A stretch of DNA of 64,000 nt from an uncultured Candidatus Saccharibacteria bacterium (GTDB lineage: Bacteria; Patescibacteriota; Minisyncoccia; Phycocordibacterales; UBA918). The position numbers were made by a program, and so were the translations under genes. This document shows positions 1-9,274 of this stretch, in pieces. The stretch spans positions 74,609 to 138,608 of the forward strand of contig CAZSZB010000002.1 in assembly GCA_964611205.1 (NCBI GenBank), read 5' to 3'. Positions within the stretch are counted from its first letter, which is position 1. Each line of letters starts with the position of its first letter. Below the pieces are notes generated by a model, which did not search any database, was not told the DNA's origin, and was given only the letters and a program-made list of their open reading frames with translations.

Positions 1-335
1 CAATCATTGGCCAATGTTCTTTCATTTCTTTTTTGAATTCTCTTATATCAGCTTGCGAAGCATCCTTCACTTTGCCGTAAGTTTTTGAGATTCCTTCTAT
101 CAGATCATTAAATTCTCTCTCAGTCATTTCTTCCGCTGTTTCTAAAGCTTCAAGCACTTCGGCTTTTGCTTTGAGCATCCAACTCTTCACCTTGCGTCGA
201 TTCTGTTTAGCATTTTTTGAACCTGCTAAAAAATAAGCTCCCGCCGCAGCAACAGCAGCGGCTGTTAATCCTACACCAATACCTACCTTTTCCTTTGTTC
301 CTAATGTCGATTTTTTAGAATTTTTCTTTGCCATA
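1..335 (-). CDS. YtxH-like (DUF948/YtxH family) protein, partial; the 5' end of the gene is in-window with its ATG near 335, and it runs off the left edge
   Basis: Manual translation of the minus strand from about 335 gives MAKKNSKKSTLGTKEKVGIGVGLTAAAVAAAGAYFLAGSKNAKQNRRKVKSWMLKAKAEVLEALE... This glycine/alanine-rich helix plus charged coiled region is typical of YtxH. It is not in the ORF track because no stop codon lies inside the window. Confidence 0.45.
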
Positions 336-353
336 GACTTAGAATTAAACTTA

Positions 354-644
354 CTAATTATCTTCTTTTTTACTAGTCTTAGTTGCTCGTTTATTTTTTG
401 CTCTTGTTCCCGGTAGTAATGACAGAACAAATTGGAGTAAACCAGCTACATTCAGCGATGAACGAATTTTTTCCAAGTCTTCAGCCAAAACAACACTACC
501 GGCTTCGACTCTTTCTGTAATCCGTCGCAACGCCTTAACTATTTTTATTAAATGAAACACGAGGATTGATACCAAAATAGTGAAAAGAATCACTGCTACT
601 GAAGTGATAATAAAAAATATGTTGGCCTGCAAAACCTCTGTCAT
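354..644 (-). CDS. DUF948-like small membrane protein
   Basis: 96 aa with one N-terminal TM helix followed by a charged helix (KALRRITERVEAG...EDLEKIRSSLN). It sits next to the YtxH-like gene, as in the ytxG/ytxH-type pairs. Confidence 0.4.
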   Translation of the reverse strand: MTEVLQANIFFIITSVAVILFTILVSILVFHLIKIVKALRRITERVEAGSVVLAEDLEKIRSSLNVAGLLQFVLSLLPGTRAKNKRATKTSKKEDN

Positions 645-669
645 ATTATTATTTTAACACTAAACTAAT

Positions 670-1767
670 CTAACCTTTGCACTTAGTGAGAAAATGGTGG
701 ACAATCTTTTCTACTTCAGCTGGTGAATTGCTAGCCATTAATTCATTTCTTAGTTCAGCAGCCCCTGGAAAACCACTAACGTAAGCTTTGTAATGTTTCT
801 TCATAGTAGCGAAGCTCTTGTGTGGCAATAATTCGGTAAATAATTTTGAATGTTCTATCATCACAGTCAGACGTTCTGACAAAGTAACATAATCAACCGA
901 TGAATTATTTCTGTCCTCGGTCATAATCGAGTCCCGATCCACGCCATGAGTTGGCAAGGTATGCAATCTTACCGGTAGTTGTCTATTTGGGTTAAAAAAC
1001 CATGGGTTTCCAAACAAAGCACGTCCAATCATTGCACCATCGACCCCTGACTCAGAAACTTTTTTCTTGGCATCTGCTAAAGACAACACATCACCGTTGC
1101 CAATAATTAGAGTGTCTGGTGACAATTGATCACGAATTTCTACCGCTCGCCTGAGTCTTTCCCAACGGGCTGGCACCTTACTCATTTCCTTACGCGTACG
1201 GGCGTGGAGAGTGACAGCTGCCGGCGATTCTTTCAGAATCGCCGGCAGCCATTCTTCCAACTGATCCTCATTGTATCCTAAACGAGTCTTAACACTGACC
1301 GGAATACCGTCTGGTTTATCCATCTTTGTCCCACGTTTAGCGGCCCTAATAACAGCCGCCGCTTTAAGCGGATCTTTAATCATAGCGGAACCACAACCCT
1401 GCTTCTCAATCGAACGATCTGGACAGCCCATATTGATATCAACACCATCAAATCCTAGTTCCAAACAAAGACGAGCAGCATATTCCATATACTCTTCGTT
1501 ACTGGTAAAGAGTTGAGCAACTATCGGTCGTTCTTCTTCACTATATATAAGATCGGCCAATAATTTTTCTTTACCTTCAGGGGTAGCCCGTACTATTCCG
1601 TCGGCAGCCACGAACTCTGTCCACATCACATCGGGACCACCAACAGTTCCGTCAGCTCTTTTATGAGCGGAGTATTTTGTAATCATTCTGCGAAAAGCCG
1701 CATCTGTGACATCGGCCATTGGAGCCACTGCCATAATCGGCTTTGATAAGTTTTCCCAAAAATTCAT
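670..1767 (-). CDS. dus: tRNA-dihydrouridine synthase (Dus family)
   Basis: 365 aa. MAVAPMADVTDAAFRRM..., GVDINMGCP and VSVKTRLG are the classic Dus TIM-barrel motifs. There is a C-terminal extension. Confidence 0.85.
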   Translation of the reverse strand: MNFWENLSKPIMAVAPMADVTDAAFRRMITKYSAHKRADGTVGGPDVMWTEFVAADGIVRATPEGKEKLLADLIYSEEERPIVAQLFTSNEEYMEYAARLCLELGFDGVDINMGCPDRSIEKQGCGSAMIKDPLKAAAVIRAAKRGTKMDKPDGIPVSVKTRLGYNEDQLEEWLPAILKESPAAVTLHARTRKEMSKVPARWERLRRAVEIRDQLSPDTLIIGNGDVLSLADAKKKVSESGVDGAMIGRALFGNPWFFNPNRQLPVRLHTLPTHGVDRDSIMTEDRNNSSVDYVTLSERLTVMIEHSKLFTELLPHKSFATMKKHYKAYVSGFPGAAELRNELMASNSPAEVEKIVHHFLTKCKG

Positions 1768-1947
1768 AGTCAGAGTACTTTACTAAAGAGTTCACCAAAC
1801 GCAACTATACTTAATGCAGTAACTAATCTCTCCGTTAAATAACTTTATTGAAAACATATCTCTCAACAAAAGTCCGCCAAAGACCACTATCATATATGAT
1901 AGTGGTCTTTGGCGGACTTTTTACCCTTCTACTCTTTGCGTTTAGAT

Positions 1948-2871
1948 TTACTCTAAGCCCGATTCATCTGGTAATTCTATTGTATCTATTACAGTCTCAG
2001 CTCCCTCCTCTGCAACTTTCTCTTCAATTTCTTCTTCGTTTACAAAAACTTTATCTCCAAAGCGCAAGTCAATATATTCAAAATTGTCTGGCTTTAAGTG
2101 CGAAAACTCATTTGATTTCAAAATTGTTAACAAATTTTTAAAAGTAGTATCGATATTAATCATTTGAGAAACTTTTATAATCCCTCCGCCAACCAGAGTG
2201 TACTCAATATCATAATCATCTACTTTCTCAATATGGGTAATGTACCAACCGGTTTCAGACCGTAAGTGCTCAGCGAACAATAAATTATTACTCATAAACT
2301 TAGGAGAAAAAACTGCTTGGTGTTTGCCGAAAGTAACTCCTCCAGAAATAAACCGGAGAAACGCATTTCCGTCTAATTCTGGGGCTTCGGTGAAAGCATA
2401 ACCTTCATTATCTAAAAACAGACAATCATCATCTTCTTTATTTTCACACCACAGACCTATTGGTATATATTCTTTGTACTTTACCAAGACTGTATCATCG
2501 TTCAAATCGACCTCGACCTCCTTTATACGATCAATAGCCTTTACTCGACTGATGACTGTATCAACTGGAAATGTGGGTCTGAAACTTTTAGGAATCAAAT
2601 GAAAATAAGTACCCGTGAAAGCTTTTTTGGTAATACCAACGACTTTACCCGGGGGAACGGTCTTGTTCCCCACTACCTCTACTTTTGTTATTTGCAAGGA
2701 GTCTATTCGGCTCACCTTATATGTAGCTGTTATCAAAGCCGCTAAAAACAAAGTTAATAGAATACCGACAATAATCTGACGATAAATTAACTGTTGTTTA
2801 TAATTAGTTGTTCTTACAGTCTTTTTTCTTTGTTTTGAAGACCTTTTTTTATTTTGTGAGCGCAGTGACAT
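1948..2871 (-). CDS. ftsQ: FtsQ/DivIB-like cell division protein (POTRA domain)
   Basis: A basic N-terminus and a single TM helix are followed by ITKVEVVGNKTV...EVEVDLNDDTVLVKYKEYIPIGLW, a POTRA-like fold. It lies far from ftsA/ftsZ. Confidence 0.5.
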   Translation of the reverse strand: MSLRSQNKKRSSKQRKKTVRTTNYKQQLIYRQIIVGILLTLFLAALITATYKVSRIDSLQITKVEVVGNKTVPPGKVVGITKKAFTGTYFHLIPKSFRPTFPVDTVISRVKAIDRIKEVEVDLNDDTVLVKYKEYIPIGLWCENKEDDDCLFLDNEGYAFTEAPELDGNAFLRFISGGVTFGKHQAVFSPKFMSNNLLFAEHLRSETGWYITHIEKVDDYDIEYTLVGGGIIKVSQMINIDTTFKNLLTILKSNEFSHLKPDNFEYIDLRFGDKVFVNEEEIEEKVAEEGAETVIDTIELPDESGLE

Positions 2872-2927
2872 AATGACGAATATATTTTAATACGCATCAC
2901 AACATTATTAATCTATTGTTAGCAATA

Positions 2928-4196
2928 TTATTCTTTGGTAATCAAATCCTTACCCATGTATTTTTGTAAAGGTTCCGGTATTTTGATTGATCCATCTGCC
3001 TGTTGAAAGTTCTCAATTAATGAAACTAGGATGCGTGGAGTTGGAATAGCAGTACAGTTAAGAGAGTGGGCATAACGCATTTTACCTTCCTCATCTTTGT
3101 AACGAATATTAAATCGGCGTGTTTGAAAATCATGGAAGTATGAAGCTGAGCTAATCTCTCGATATTTATTTTCTAATGGAACCCATAACTCAATATCATA
3201 CTTTTTAACTTGACCCTGTCCTAAGTCACCGCCACAGTTAAGAACAGTGTGATATGGGATGTTTAAACTCTCAATAAATTCTTCAGTATTACGATTAAGC
3301 CACTCATGGTACTTTACACTTTCTTCATGCGAAGCTTCGCATAACATCACTTGTTCAACTTTATAGAATTCATGGACCCGGATAAGACCTTTAGTATCCT
3401 TCCCGTGAGAACCGGCCTCACGTCTGTAGCAAGGTGAAAAACCAAGGAATTTAACTGGGAATTGTGATTTTTCTAAAACTTCATCTGCATAATAACCCAT
3501 CACTGAAACTTCTGACGTACCGATTAGATAATCATCATCTTGAGTATTGTAAACATCCTCCGCATCGTTTGGTAAATGTCCGGTTCCGTATAGGTTAGCT
3601 TTACGTACTATAGTCGGCGGTAATATTGGAGTAAAACCTTTGGCTCCAAAAAAGTCTTGAGCATAATTCCAAATCGCCCAAGTTAAACGAGCTCCATCAC
3701 CCAGCAAAAAATATCCACGGAAACCATGGACTTTGGTTCCGCGTTCAAAATCTGCCATACCTAAATTGGTCATAATCTCAACGTGATCCTTTGGCTCAAA
3801 ATCAAACTGTGGTTTTTCTCCCCAAGTTTTTATTTCTTCATTATCTTCATCGCTGTCGCCTTCTGGTACTGACATATCAGGAATTTGCGGCACCTGAAGC
3901 ATAATCTTATGCCATTCCTCCATCACCTTAGCCAGCTTTTCTTCATCGGCCTGAATCTCGTTTTTTAAAGCACTCATTTCGGTAATGAGCTGTTGCCGCA
4001 CAATGTCATCATTAGCTCCTGCTATCTCCTTTGAAACCCGATTTTGTTCGGCTTTTTTATCCTCCTTTTCTGTTGTAATAGCTCGTCTTTCATCATCAAG
4101 AGTCACTAGCCGATCCAGATCGACAGTTATGTGCTTCTTTTTGGCCGCCATTTTAACAATGTCCAAATTGTCACGAATAAATTTAATATCTAGCAT
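2928..4196 (-). CDS. serS: seryl-tRNA synthetase
   Basis: 422 aa. It has the N-terminal coiled-coil arm ([14 protein letters not shown]...) and the class II core ([40 protein letters not shown]). Confidence 0.95.
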   Translation of the reverse strand: [422 protein letters not shown]

Positions 4197-4274
4197 AAGT
4201 TATTTTGAGTCTATATGCAGATTATACAGTATTACAGGGCCAGAACAATATTTATAGCATGTTAAAATTTATTT

Positions 4275-5150
4275 ATGTCTTTTCCTATTTCTCAGGTTAA
4301 AGCTGATGATTTCCCTCCTCTTTTACGGGAAATACCACAACCTGCCGAATCATTAAACTACCGAGGCACTTTGCCTGACCCCAAACTAAAATTGCTGTGT
4401 GTAGTAGGTTCTCGTCAATATACAACCTATGGTAAACAGGTGGTTGACCAACTTATATCAGGACTTAAAGGTCATTCAGTAGGGATTATTTCTGGCTTAG
4501 CTCTCGGAATTGACTCTTTGGCTCACACAGCCGCCTTACGTAATGATTTATACACCATGGCGGTGCCAGGTAGCGGGATAGATGACGCAGTCATCTATCC
4601 CGCTCGTCACAAATCGCTCGCCAAACAAATACTAGAAGCTGGAGGTTCTCTACTTTCTGAATTTGAACCAACCTTTCAGGCCACCAAATGGTCTTTTAGT
4701 CAGCGCAATCGAATTATGGCTGGCCTTAGTCACGCTACGCTACTGATAGAAGCGGCTCCACAATCTGGAACTTTAATTACAGCTCGTCTAGCTACTGACT
4801 ACAACCGAGAATTACTAGTTGTCCCAGGTAGTATCTTTTCTACAAACAGTCAAGGGGTACATCAGTTTTTGAAGCTCGGAGCAACTCCTGTTACTGAAGC
4901 TAACGATATTCTTTACTCACTAGGAATTGATCCTGAAAAGAAGCCGTCGCAAGCTTCGTTTGAAGCAGCTCTTTCTGACCTCTCGCCAGCAGAGCAAAAA
5001 ATTATTTCCAAACTTCTTGAACCGACCGACAAAGACACCCTCATCCGAGCTAGTGGTTTACCTGCCGCTGCAGCTAATGCGCTTTTAATGCAAATGGAGA
5101 TAAACGAATTAATAATATCCGAACATAATATTTACCGTAGAAATATTTGA
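4275..5150 (+). CDS. dprA: DNA processing protein DprA (Smf)
   Basis: VVGSRQYTTYGKQVVDQLISGLKGHSVGIISGLALGIDSLAHTAAL is the Rossmann-like DprA core. The dprA-topA adjacency is common. Confidence 0.85.
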   Translation: MSFPISQVKADDFPPLLREIPQPAESLNYRGTLPDPKLKLLCVVGSRQYTTYGKQVVDQLISGLKGHSVGIISGLALGIDSLAHTAALRNDLYTMAVPGSGIDDAVIYPARHKSLAKQILEAGGSLLSEFEPTFQATKWSFSQRNRIMAGLSHATLLIEAAPQSGTLITARLATDYNRELLVVPGSIFSTNSQGVHQFLKLGATPVTEANDILYSLGIDPEKKPSQASFEAALSDLSPAEQKIISKLLEPTDKDTLIRASGLPAAAANALLMQMEINELIISEHNIYRRNI

Positions 5151-5165
5151 ATTTAAAGTTATTGT

Positions 5166-5194
5166 TTGACATTGTCTGTTATACATAGTATTTG
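5166..5194 (+). promoter_or_regulatory. possible sigma70-like promoter for topA
   Basis: TTGACA at 5166-5171, a 17-nt spacer, then TATTTG. The -10 element is weak. Confidence 0.25.
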
Positions 5195-5210
5195 TGTACG
5201 CTACATATAT

Positions 5211-7607
5211 ATGAATACAAAGACTTCAAAAAAGACTCTGGTTATCGTTGAGTCCCCTGCCAAAGCCAAAACTATCGGTAAGTATCTTGGTAGTAACTAC
5301 ATCGTGAAGTCATCTATCGGACACGTTAGAGATTTACCTAAAAGTAACAAAGATGCAGTAGATATCGATAATGGATTTATTCCTCGCTACATCATTTCTC
5401 CAGGTAAAGAAAAAGTAATTAAGGAACTCCAGGGTGCTGCCAAGGAAGCTAAGGGGGTTCTCCTGGCAGCTGACCCTGACCGTGAAGGAGAGGCTATTGC
5501 GTGGCATGTAGCCGAACTGCTAAAAGATAGTAATAAAAATCTTAAACGAATAGTTTTTCATGAAATTACTGAACCAGCTGTGAAAGAAGCTCTAGCACAC
5601 CCGCGTGATATAGACATGCATCTTAAATCCGCCCAAGAAGCCAGACGAGTGCTAGACCGTCTTGTCGGCTATGATCTTTCTAGTTTGATCTGGAAGAAGG
5701 TTCGCTACGGATTATCTGCCGGGCGAGTGCAGTCTCCTGCTCTGCGTATCATAATGGAAAGAGAAAGAGAAATCAGAGCTTTCATTCCAGAAGATTTTTT
5801 CGTTCTGACCGCACACACCAAAAAAGATAAATTGGATATTCCTTTCGTCTGCTCAATAGAACCCAAAGATGAAGCTGAAGCTAAAAGGATTAAGAAAGTT
5901 GGTGAAGAAAATAAATGGGAAATTAAAAATATTAAAGAGAGTGAGGCAAAGCGTTCTCCGCGACCGCCCTTTACCACTTCAACCTTACAACAAGCAGCTT
6001 CTACGCGACTTGGTTTCTCACCGTCTCGCACCATGGGTGCTGCTCAAAAATTGTATGAGGCTGGTCATATCACTTACATGCGTACTGACTCTACCAACAT
6101 AAGTGATTCAGCTCTTCAACAAATATATAAGGTTATAAAAAATGAATACGGGAAAGAGTATCTCTCACCTCATACATATAAAACCAAAAGTAAATCGGCT
6201 CAAGAAGCCCATGAAGCAGTACGACCTTCTAACTTTGGTAAAAAAACAGCCGGCCTAACTAGTGATCAAAAATCTTTGTATAGTCTTATTTATGCCCGAG
6301 CTTTAGCTTCGCAAATGTCAGACGCAAAAATCAAAAGAACTAAAGTGCTAGCCAATATTCAAGAAGAAAAAGAAACTATTCCTGATTTTTCAGTCAATGG
6401 TTCACGGATTATTTTTGATGGTTGGCTAAAAGCCGATCCTAATGCCCGAGGTGAAGATGTTGAAGTGCCTAAATTGGCGATTGGAGACGCCCTTGAATTA
6501 AAAAATATAGAAATAGAAGGTAAGCAAACCCAACCACCGAATCGCTATTCGGAAGCTGGACTAATTAAAGAACTTGAAAAAAGAGGTATCGGACGACCTT
6601 CTACTTACGCTTCTATTATGAAAACGATCATTGATCGCGGTTATGTGGAAAAAGAAGGACGCACTTTAATCCCTACTGATACCGGTGATGTTGTTTCTTC
6701 TTTCTTGGAAAAGCATTTTCTAGAATATATTGATGATAACTTCACTAGCGAGATGGAAAATGAATTGGATGAGATCGCCAGCGGTAAAAGAACTTATGAA
6801 AAAACTTTAAATGATTTTTATAAACCATTCAGTAAGGCAGTTTTGGCCAAAGAAGACATTGAGAAATTAACTAACCTCGGTCAAGCGCCTAAGGAATTCA
6901 AATGTCCTATCTGTAAGAAAGATATGGTTATTAAACTCGGTCGAGGAGGAAAATTCCTTTCCTGTGAAAATTTCCCAGAATGTCATGGGGCTCGTACTAT
7001 TGAAGGTGAAGAATTAAAAGATAGCGAACCTATCGGTAATCACCCGGATACTGGTGAGCCAATCTTTGTTTTAGATGGACGTTTCGGACCCTACGTACAA
7101 TTAGGTGAAACTCCGGCTACCAAGGATGAGAACGGCAAAACTATTCCTGTGGCCAAACGTGGAGAAAAACCAAGACGGGCATCATTACCAGAAGGTACTA
7201 AACGTGAAGACATTACCCTCACTGAAGCAGTTAGATATCTTCTACTACCGCGTGAACTAGGAGAACATCCTGATACGGGCGAAGCTATATTAGCCAACGC
7301 TGGAAAATTTGGTCCCTATATAGTTCACGCTGGTGATTATAGGTCACTTAAAGGAGAGGATAATCCTTACGACATTACATATGAGAGAGCACTAAAAATA
7401 TTTAAAGAACCAAAACAGATGCGTAAAGGTGAGAAATTAGCTAAAGAATTAGGGATAAATCCAAATACGAAAAAACTAATCAACGTCTACGAATCAAAAT
7501 CAGGTTTATATCTACGTAAAGGTTTCAAAAGAGTCTCTCTACCAGATGATGTTGATTTGAAAAAATTCACTATTGAAGACGCAATAGAATTGTTGAAGAT
7601 AGGATAA
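5211..7607 (+). CDS. topA: DNA topoisomerase I
   Basis: The likely true start is MNTKTSKKTLVIVESPAKAKTIGKYLG (Toprim domain), not the TTG at 5166. It has the active-site region (TYMRTDST) and C-terminal zinc-ribbon repeats (CPICKKDM...CENFPEC). Confidence 0.95.
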   Translation: MNTKTSKKTLVIVESPAKAKTIGKYLGSNYIVKSSIGHVRDLPKSNKDAVDIDNGFIPRYIISPGKEKVIKELQGAAKEAKGVLLAADPDREGEAIAWHVAELLKDSNKNLKRIVFHEITEPAVKEALAHPRDIDMHLKSAQEARRVLDRLVGYDLSSLIWKKVRYGLSAGRVQSPALRIIMEREREIRAFIPEDFFVLTAHTKKDKLDIPFVCSIEPKDEAEAKRIKKVGEENKWEIKNIKESEAKRSPRPPFTTSTLQQAASTRLGFSPSRTMGAAQKLYEAGHITYMRTDSTNISDSALQQIYKVIKNEYGKEYLSPHTYKTKSKSAQEAHEAVRPSNFGKKTAGLTSDQKSLYSLIYARALASQMSDAKIKRTKVLANIQEEKETIPDFSVNGSRIIFDGWLKADPNARGEDVEVPKLAIGDALELKNIEIEGKQTQPPNRYSEAGLIKELEKRGIGRPSTYASIMKTIIDRGYVEKEGRTLIPTDTGDVVSSFLEKHFLEYIDDNFTSEMENELDEIASGKRTYEKTLNDFYKPFSKAVLAKEDIEKLTNLGQAPKEFKCPICKKDMVIKLGRGGKFLSCENFPECHGARTIEGEELKDSEPIGNHPDTGEPIFVLDGRFGPYVQLGETPATKDENGKTIPVAKRGEKPRRASLPEGTKREDITLTEAVRYLLLPRELGEHPDTGEAILANAGKFGPYIVHAGDYRSLKGEDNPYDITYERALKIFKEPKQMRKGEKLAKELGINPNTKKLINVYESKSGLYLRKGFKRVSLPDDVDLKKFTIEDAIELLKIG

Positions 7608-7636
7608 TAACTTTGGTAGTAGAATAATTTATTTAG

Positions 7637-7675
7637 AAAAAACGATGGGCTTAACAATTCCCATCGTTTTTTCTT
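7637..7675 (+). terminator. rho-independent terminator after topA
   Basis: AAAAAACGATGGG-cttaacaatt-CCCATCGTTTTTTC: a perfect 10-bp stem followed by a T-run. Confidence 0.6.
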
Positions 7676-7716
7676 GATTAACTTGCTAATTATGCCGGCC
7701 AGCGTAAAATAAAAAT

Positions 7717-9255
7717 ATGAAAACTGCTAAGGAAATATACTCTCAACTCGCATCACCCACTGAGGCTGACCGTGAATTAGTAGTAAAAGCTTACAACTTC
7801 GCCACGAAAGCGCACTCCGAACACACTCGCTATTCTGGAGAACCATATATGGAACACCTGACTTCCGTAGCTTTAGATTTGGCTAAAATGGGTATGGGTC
7901 CGCGCACGATTGCCGCCGGACTACTTCATGACACCATCGAAGATACACCTGTAACAGCGGAAGATATTAAAAATGAATTTGGTGATGAAATACTCTTTCT
8001 CGTGGAGGGAGTGACTAAATTAAGTTCCGTTCGTTACTATGGTAGCGATCGCCACAACGAATCATTACGCAAACTTTTTGTAGCCACGAGCCAAGACATC
8101 AGGGTCCTGATAATAAAATTGACAGACCGTCTGCACAATATGCAGACCTTAGACCATGTACCGGCTGAAAAACAAAAACGCATAGCTACTGAAACGTTAG
8201 AAATATATGTACCAGTTGCCTACCGTTTAGGAATGGGTCGTATTCGTAAAGAGCTCGAAGACCTTGCCTTTCCCTATGTCTATCCCAAAGAATATAAAAG
8301 GGTTTGTGACTTACTTGAAGCTAAAGCTAAAAAAGCAAACATACTTTTGGAAAAAGAAAGAAAGTATCTACAAAAGAAACTGGTTGATTCCAAACTTACT
8401 AACTTTAACACTGCTTATCGTGTAAAGGGTCTCTATAGCCTTTACCAAAAACTAAAGCGACGCGATTGGGATATAGATAATATCTATGACCTGATGGCTA
8501 TGCGAGTCGTTGTTAGCTCTGTCGAGGAATGCTATCGAGCATTAGGAATCATTCATGATATCTGGCGACCCCTGCCGAGAAGAGTTAAGGATTATATTGC
8601 TTTCCCAAAACCAAATGGTTACAAATCTATACACACAACAGTCACTACTACTCACGGTAACATCTTGGAGATACAAATAAGGACCGAACAAATGCACCAT
8701 GAGGCCGAATATGGTGTGGCTTCCCATATTATTTACAAACAACAATCACTAGACGAGGAACCTAGTAGTTCTTGGTTCAACCGACTATTGCCAAATTTAT
8801 TTAGACCATTTGCCAAACGCAGCAGCGGTAGTGAAGACTTGAAAGTGACCAAAGATATTCCTCCTTCAGAAAAAATCCCGCGTTGGATTAGGCAAATTGG
8901 TGAAATGTATACCACTGAGCACTCCACCGGTGATGAATTTATTTCTGATATGCAAGAAGATTTCTTTGCTAATAGAATTTTCGTCTTTACACCCATCGGT
9001 GACGTGGTAGATCTGCCTTTAGGAGCTACTCCTATAGATTTCGCTTATGCAATTCATTCTGAAGTAGGTGACCATATTGCCGGAGTAAAGGTAAATAAAA
9101 AATTAGTTCAATTAGATACCACATTACAAAACGGAGATATTGTAGAAATTGATACCAAGAAAACCGCCAAACCGACTCATAAATGGTTAGACATTGCCAA
9201 GACTTCGGTGGCTCGACGTAAAATAAAATCCTATCTTAATACAAGTACAAAATAA
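7717..9255 (+). CDS. rel: short bifunctional (p)ppGpp synthetase/hydrolase (RSH; HD + synthetase + TGS domains, no ACT domain)
   Basis: HD domain (AAGLLHDTIEDT, RLHNM), synthetase domain (YRVKGLYSLYQKLKRRD..., MRVVV, KPNGYKSIHTTV) and TGS domain (IFVFTPIGDVVDLPLGATPIDFAYAIHSEVG). 512 aa. Confidence 0.85.
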   Translation: MKTAKEIYSQLASPTEADRELVVKAYNFATKAHSEHTRYSGEPYMEHLTSVALDLAKMGMGPRTIAAGLLHDTIEDTPVTAEDIKNEFGDEILFLVEGVTKLSSVRYYGSDRHNESLRKLFVATSQDIRVLIIKLTDRLHNMQTLDHVPAEKQKRIATETLEIYVPVAYRLGMGRIRKELEDLAFPYVYPKEYKRVCDLLEAKAKKANILLEKERKYLQKKLVDSKLTNFNTAYRVKGLYSLYQKLKRRDWDIDNIYDLMAMRVVVSSVEECYRALGIIHDIWRPLPRRVKDYIAFPKPNGYKSIHTTVTTTHGNILEIQIRTEQMHHEAEYGVASHIIYKQQSLDEEPSSSWFNRLLPNLFRPFAKRSSGSEDLKVTKDIPPSEKIPRWIRQIGEMYTTEHSTGDEFISDMQEDFFANRIFVFTPIGDVVDLPLGATPIDFAYAIHSEVGDHIAGVKVNKKLVQLDTTLQNGDIVEIDTKKTAKPTHKWLDIAKTSVARRKIKSYLNTSTK

Positions 9256-9274
9256 ATTTATAGAGTCTTCAGAA

